From Phoronis australis (taxonomy: Eukaryota > Animalia > Phoronida): a stretch of 64,000 bases of DNA. The notes beneath the pieces were generated by a model. That model worked only from the letters and a program-made list of their open reading frames with translations, searched no databases and had not been told where the DNA came from. The stretch lies in contig NMRA01000102.1 of the NCBI GenBank assembly GCA_002633005.1, forward strand, positions 47,208 through 111,207, in the 5' to 3' direction. Both the position numbers and the translations under genes were made by a program. Positions within the stretch are counted from its first letter, which is position 1. Every line of letters begins with the position of its first letter. Below, one piece after another: positions 60,548 to 64,000 of this stretch.

Positions 60548-63500
60548 CCATACTTGTCCGGGTTACCGCCCAGGGCACTTAAATTACTAATTTAAAGAAA
60601 CGGGGTGGGCAGTAAGCCGAACATGGGCGGATAAAATCGAAATTTTTTAAAAGTCGGGTGTGGGTGCTTACTGCACGGAGGACTGATTTTAACCTCACGG
60701 AGCTACACTGACGTCGGACTGCTCGAAAGCATGTCAGTTAAAATGTATGTCGGCGGATTGAAGTAACGGACTTAGATTGTCTGAAGTCGAAAAGCACACA
60801 CGATACAGTTGCGCCGTGATCCCAATCGCGATTGGGTTTTAACATACCTCGGTCACCATTCATCATCTTTGGAACTTAGGTATTCCTACAGGTAGGCGTG
60901 TGTTCAGTAGGGCAAGTTTCTTGAGAGAAAAGCAAGATCACGCAAGTCTCCACTAGTTCGCCATGTATTTCTAAGGGAAGACTTGCTCCCCGCTAGATAC
61001 TTTGGCAACCAAGCATGTGCTAATGATTGACAGGTCTCCTTAATACTTTGAACCTAACCTTTGAACAAGGCAACATTTTTATGTACCCACATATTTATAT
61101 GTGGTCGCATATTGCTGTCATGTCTGGGCATCCGGCATCCGCAGCTGTATCTCCTAAACCACTCACAGGATGTTGATGAAATTTGGCAGTTGTGTTCCTA
61201 TGATCAAGCTGATGACAGATGACAATGAATTTTGGACCAATCTAACTACCGGTGTGCCCCCTAGTGACAATTTTAGTTTTTACGCTTACCTCTGTATCTT
61301 TGGAGGGCCTCAACGGATTTTCATAAAATTTGGCAGTTAAGCATCTATTAGTGAGATGATGCCATCCTGCCCTTCTATCAACCAAACCGCTCTGGGAATC
61401 ATTTTGAAAATTGGCATTTATGTTTTTACTGTGAAGAGGGCGGCTGACAATGATTTTCCAACAAGTGCGACCACTGTGGCGCCTCCTAGTACCAGTTTTG
61501 TTTTTTTTGCGCCAATGGCTGTGTCTCCTAAACCGTTGGCAGGATATTTTACTAAATGTAGCAAGTATATTTATATGATGTTGACAACGAACAACAATGA
61601 CTTTCCCGTGGATTGGACTACGGTTGCGCTCCCTAGTGACAATTTAGTTTTTTACGTTTAAGTCTGTATCTTCAAAGGTCCTCAACAGATTTTCATAAAA
61701 CTTGGCAGATTGGCATATATTTGTGAGATGACGCTATCCTTCCGTTTTAGGATGGATTCAAGGTATTTTGTGCCACCTAGTGGCCATTTTTACTGTTTTC
61801 GAGTTTTTTGGCGTCCACCCTTCTATATCAACCAAACCGTTCTAAGGATGATTGTGAAAATTGGCATATATGTTCTTACTATGAAGGGGATGGTTGACGA
61901 TGGTTTTCCGATGACTCGACTTCTGGGGCACCTCCTAGTGGTAGTTTTGTTTTTTTTTGCGCCCATGGCTGTACCTCCTAAAACATTTGCAGGATCTTTA
62001 CTAAATTTAGCAAGTTTATATGATGTTGACAATGTCGATGACTTTTGCACGGATCTGACTACCAGTGTACCCCCTAGTGTCAATTTTAGTTTTTTCACTT
62101 TACCTCTGAATATTCAAAGGTCTTCAATGGAGCTTCATAAAATTTAGAATATAGACATCTATTGGTGAGGTGACGCTATCCTGCTGTTTTCGGATGAATT
62201 TGAGGTATTTTACGCCACCTAGTGGCCATTTTTACTGTTTTTGAGTCTGTTTTTTGGCGTCCACCTCTCTATCAACCAAACCATTCTAAGGATGATTTTG
62301 AAAATTGGAGTATATGTTCTCAGTTTGATGAGGACGGTTGACGATGACGACTTCGAATACTGTGGCACCTCCTAGTGGTAGTTTTGTTTTGCGCCCATAG
62401 CTGTATCTCCTTAACCCACTGCAGGATCTTTATTAAAATTAAGTATATTTATACTATAGACGACGACAACTTTTTGGCAGCAATTTAATTTTTTTCTGTT
62501 TTTCTTTGTTTCTCTGAATTTCCTTGACAGATTTTTATGAAATTTGGTAAATAGCTTTCTTTGAAGATGCGATGGCATGTTCCGTTTTCAGATGGATTAG
62601 ACATTTTGCACCATCTAGTGGCCATTTTTTCAATACAAATAAATAACTCTAGAAGCACACGGTTTGCGATGCATTCTTGGACGCATTTCATTGCTCCGCT
62701 TTGCTCTTGTATATACATTGTATATTTCATTCTGTGTTGAACAGCCAACGCCGACCTCCCAGAATTTGTTCAAAGCATGTGCTCAACAATCGCACGATGC
62801 TACTATTAGGCAATAAAATAGGGTGGTCGGTCAGCTGCAAAAATAATGAAGCAAAAGCACATCATGTAAAAAGTCATCAGGCAAATCAAGAGTTCAAAAA
62901 CAAGTTTTTGACCATGTGGATGCGGACAGAATGATCGACTTGCACTTAATGACAAGTTGATTTCTGGCGCTACTGCTTTTGGTTGGACGTTTCTATTTTG
63001 GTGTCAGGAGTGAGTCATTAAAAACATGTCTTAAACCAAGACAGGGAACAGCGAGTCAAGTTGCTTGTCACAACGTCTCGTGTCTGCGTGTATTCAAAAC
63101 AATGTGACAGTTTCGCCTCTTACTCAGCCGTTCATGGTTACCATGATTATAGATGTGACTAGGTACTATTTGTCATTGCTCAGAGTGGCGACGTTTCGAG
63201 TACTGTCATAGGGAATCAAAGAAAGGCAGGCCAAGGACTTGAAATTCCTGTCAAGTAACGCTTTGTTGTTTCTTCCACGGCAATGAAATACATTTTAGGA
63301 GAAGCGCTGTCTCAGTAATCAGTACAAGCTGACACGAATTCCGTGCGTGAGCCAAAGGAAACAACTGTGTCTCCTTCAGTAAAGAGCATGAGAATATGGG
63401 TATTTTACCGCCATAGTAAGGCAAGGTTCTAGTTCCGCTAAAACTGATCGATTGTCATTGAAAGGTAAATGAGTTGCGCACATTTTAGCATCTTAGTTTT

Positions 63501-63662
63501 GTGCGACGAACATTCACAGAAGCATGGACACTTTTAGAGAGGTCTTGATCATGAAAAATTGGGGTGGGCGGTAAGCCAAGCATGGGCGCTTAAAAATAAA
63601 AAATTGAAAATTTCGGGGGTGGGTGGTAAGTCAAGCATGGGTGGTAACCCAGACGAGTACGG
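60548..63662. mobile_element. TA-flanked CCGTA-type TIR element with a nested insertion
   Basis: TA|CCATACTTGTCCGGGTTACCGCCCA ... TGGGTGGTAACCCAGACGAGTACGG|TA with GGGTGGGCGGTAAGCC subterminal repeats. Confidence 0.8.
61076..62710 (+). mobile_element. Helentron/DINE-like non-autonomous element with internal complex tandem repeats
   Basis: T-run start, 5' hairpin CCACATA-TTTA-TATGTGG, short CATCCG repeats, then repeated modules with AAATTTGGCA and CCACCTAGTGG. Boundaries approximate. Confidence 0.5.
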
Positions 63663-63786
63663 TAGTTAAAGCGATGTCAAAGTGGAACCAATTATGAAAC
63701 ATTATGTAACAGTCTCTCATCTAAGTTGCTGAAAGGATGGTTTCCTTGGAGTAATAACTATGTTTGCATTTTTGAAATACATTAAA

Positions 63787-64000
63787 ATTAGGTGAAAATG
63801 AGGCAATATTAATGTAACTCAATGATATCTAGTATTATGGAAACAATTAGGTGAAAATGAGGCAATATTAATGTAACTCAATGGTATCTAGTATTATGGA
63901 AACAATTAGGTGAAAATGAGGCAATATTAATGTAACTCAATGGTATCTAGTATTATGGAAACAATTAGGTGAAAATGAGGCAATATTAATGTAACTCAAT
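63787..64000. repeat. 59-bp minisatellite running off the window end
   Basis: Unit AATTAGGTGAAAATGAGGCAATATTAATGTAACTCAATGGTATCTAGTATTATGGAAAC. Confidence 0.95.

Overview
AT-rich animal genomic DNA, apparently from an invertebrate, in a gapped draft assembly (N-runs at 3048-3577 and 11645-12434, single N at 23246 and 36404). Most of the window is one + strand multi-exon gene whose spliced product matches MYCBP-associated protein (MYCBPAP/AMAP-1), recognised from memory of the vertebrate protein. The coding exons run from about 10.8 kb to 60.5 kb and the 3' end lies beyond the window. Exon phases join up except across the N at 36404, where at least one exon appears to be missing from the assembly. 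The gene has three candidate phase-1 first exons and three candidate frame-preserving microexons in one long intron. The rest is transposon-derived or tandem repeat: a decayed near-full-length L1/Tx1-type LINE, CR1-group LINE fragments, a Penelope-like remnant, a tRNA-derived SINE, TA-flanked CCGTA-TIR DNA elements (one with a HIRAN-like remnant, one with a nested array of CTCF-like motifs), a 4-kb element with ~700-bp inverted repeats (Polinton-like ends) and many minisatellites. There is no CRISPR array or prokaryotic system. I cannot establish a wholly new biological system; the best leads are the splicing architecture and the transposon cargo.
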